Program-made: the position numbers and the translations under genes | Source of the DNA: Nitrosopumilus sp. | GTDB taxonomy: Archaea > Thermoproteota > Nitrososphaeria > Nitrososphaerales > Nitrosopumilaceae | Direction: 5' to 3' | DNA length: 64,000 bases | NCBI GenBank assembly: GCA_965207445.1 | Contig: CBDBLX010000002.1 | Location: 1,559,849 to 1,623,848 of the forward strand | Shown here: one piece after another, positions 62,126 through 64,000 of the stretch | How positions within the stretch are numbered: the first letter of the stretch is position 1 | Layout: each line of letters opens with the position of its first letter | Notes under the pieces: generated by a model | The model's input: only the letters and a program-made list of their open reading frames with translations | Databases searched by the model: none | What the model was told of the DNA's origin: nothing

Positions 62126-63082
62126 CTATGATCTTGAATCCTTTTCTCCTTCTTTTGCAGTATTTTTGTTAATTTTTGGATTGAGTGCATTTGCCAGATC
62201 ATTTTTTACAGTCTCGATCTGTTTTGTAAATATCTCATTAGTCTCTTTTTGTTTATTTACTAATTTGTTGATTTCGTAATTGATTTTGTGATTGATCTGT
62301 TGTTCTATATCTTCATCTAATTTTGAATCTGAACTAGAACGAATCTTACACTTTATTGAAAATAACACACGTAAAACAGCCTCTACACATATTGCAAATA
62401 TAACAAATGTTGCAATTTTGCCTAAAAATGGAACAAATCCATCTAACCGATCATAAAATTGATCTAGTGTAAATATGGACGTATTTACCAAAAATATACC
62501 CAAAAGTGCAAATGGTATCATTTTTGCCAAATCTTTTGATAAATCTTCTTTATAGTATGCTGCCATTCTAATAGCAATGACAAGTGAGATTACAACAAGA
62601 AATACAAAATCTTGTGGTATGTCAGGGGCCAAAAAGAACATGAATAGAGAATAGACAAAAAACCATGCAGTAATTATTAGAGGAAAGACAATTATGTATT
62701 TTGTGACATATGCGATAAATAATACAGTCTTTTTTTTACCAGAGTCATGACGATTTAAGTCAAGTGATATGATCTCTCTTCGTGAGATCAATCTGTAAAA
62801 ATGCCAAATAAACACCGAATACATGACAATACCTAGGGAAAAACTCAAAAGATCAATAGTAGACACATCATTACTAAAATCAATAGAAAATGTCTCTAAT
62901 AGTCTCTGAGGTGATTCAAATAAATCTAAGATTTGTTGTGTTGGAAGATCAAAATAATCACTAGTATCAGCAAGTTCCTGAGAGTATGCAAGTGGAGTCA
63001 TTGTAACACATAAAACAGCAAAAGAGCACAAACAGCACGCCAGCAAGTTATAGGTGTATGACTTTAATCTCAAACATTTCAT
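62126..63082 (-). CDS. Multi-pass membrane hypothetical protein
   Basis: Five to six hydrophobic segments and a coiled-coil C-terminus; start uncertain. Confidence 0.8.
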   Translation of the reverse strand: MKCLRLKSYTYNLLACCLCSFAVLCVTMTPLAYSQELADTSDYFDLPTQQILDLFESPQRLLETFSIDFSNDVSTIDLLSFSLGIVMYSVFIWHFYRLISRREIISLDLNRHDSGKKKTVLFIAYVTKYIIVFPLIITAWFFVYSLFMFFLAPDIPQDFVFLVVISLVIAIRMAAYYKEDLSKDLAKMIPFALLGIFLVNTSIFTLDQFYDRLDGFVPFLGKIATFVIFAICVEAVLRVLFSIKCKIRSSSDSKLDEDIEQQINHKINYEINKLVNKQKETNEIFTKQIETVKNDLANALNPKINKNTAKEGEKDSRS

Positions 63083-63330
63083 AATCAAGATCAAAGTATT
63101 AAAGCACAACACATTATCTCTTAGTAAAACGGTAAAACCATCAACCTTGAAAAATTATACATTTGTAAATAATTTCACACCTGTATCGTCAATAATATTT
63201 AAAAAAAAGAGAATGCTCAATACTCCAAACTATCATAGCGATATTGCTCAGATGTAAATAAATAAATAATCAAATTATACAAAAAATCAATCAAGTTATG
63301 TTGTCCAAAACAATATAGCAAAAAACACAT

Positions 63331-63687
63331 CTATCGAGTATCTTTTATGGTAGATAATGTGCTTTTTGTCACACGTCCGATATCGCCAATAGTTAAACTA
63401 TTATATTTTTTCTCCAAATATCGCCCTGCCAGTATCATCGGCGCACCCACTGCAATAGTAGCGCCAGTGGGCTCTGGTATCCACAACATTATGAATCCAA
63501 TCTTTTGAATTCGTCTACCAGGTGCAGATACGTGTCGTAGATGGGTAAAAGAGCCATCAGTTGCAGTACCTTTCCCGACCTTTGCCACATCACCGTATAA
63601 TTTAGCACGCATATGAGTAGAATCAGAGATGTGTTTGAGTCGAGCAAGACGTTTTTGCAGACGCTCATCAATCATAGTTTCATGCAT
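63331..63687 (-). CDS. Hypothetical protein
   Basis: 118-aa ORF containing GFIMLWIPEPTG. Confidence 0.7.
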   Translation of the reverse strand: MHETMIDERLQKRLARLKHISDSTHMRAKLYGDVAKVGKGTATDGSFTHLRHVSAPGRRIQKIGFIMLWIPEPTGATIAVGAPMILAGRYLEKKYNSLTIGDIGRVTKSTLSTIKDTR

Positions 63688-63799
63688 ATGATTTAATCAC
63701 AAGGTAACTAGATAAACACAGCTAGTTTATTCATACACACACACATACATACAAACCAAAAACGCAACACCCAATTACCATATCATAACACCAATTACA

Positions 63800-64000
63800 A
63801 TGACAAAGGACACACGTCGATTAGACTCTATAAAAGCAGCTCATAAATCAGAAAGATTGCGCTCAAGTTCTAGAATGGAGGATTACTTAGAGGTGATCGC
63901 CGAACTAGTAGAACTAAAGGGATATGCGACGACATTAGACATATCAAGGTACATGGATGTTAGCGCCCCGAGTGTCACGCAGATGTTAAAGAGACTCGAT
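63800..64000 (+). CDS. DtxR/MntR-family metal-dependent repressor; 3' end runs off the window
   Basis: Manual translation MTKDTRRLDSIKAAH...MEDYLEVIAELVELKGYATTLDISRYMDVSAPSVTQMLKRLD. Confidence 0.9.
   Translation, partial: MTKDTRRLDSIKAAHKSERLRSSSRMEDYLEVIAELVELKGYATTLDISRYMDVSAPSVTQMLKRLD

Overview
AT-rich archaeal chromosome segment. TFB, aRF1, PurP, archaeal AspRS plus GatCAB, an XPD-like helicase and several Nitrosopumilus-type hypothetical genes point to a Nitrosopumilaceae (Thaumarchaeota) genome. The IS/MITE load, many pseudogenes, low-complexity inserts and a GC-rich Calx-beta surface protein suggest a host-associated lineage such as a sponge symbiont; that part is inference. Core genes are trpE-trpG-trpD, pgk, ilvD, tfb, a HIT protein, prf1, a DsbA-like protein, purP, aspS, gatCAB, a TIGR00300 protein and a DtxR-like regulator. 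They are interleaved with IS5 elements (three), an IS630 element, IS66/ISH3/IS6 remnants and three MITE families. Main findings: (1) a ~200-nt intergenic region at 14.74-14.94 kb that folds by eye into eight helices including a loop pseudoknot and matches no RNA family I recognise, plus a second structured candidate at 16.1-16.3 kb; (2) a ~1,550-aa secreted protein made only of 12 tandem sCache_2-like domains; (3) poly-Asn and tandem-repeat expansion of loops in housekeeping enzymes; (4) repeated loss of the toxic partner of TA and R-M modules while the protective partner stays intact; (5) a G14 tract in the 5' coding region of a surface protein, a possible phase-variation switch. Family calls come from motif recognition by eye; no database searches were run.
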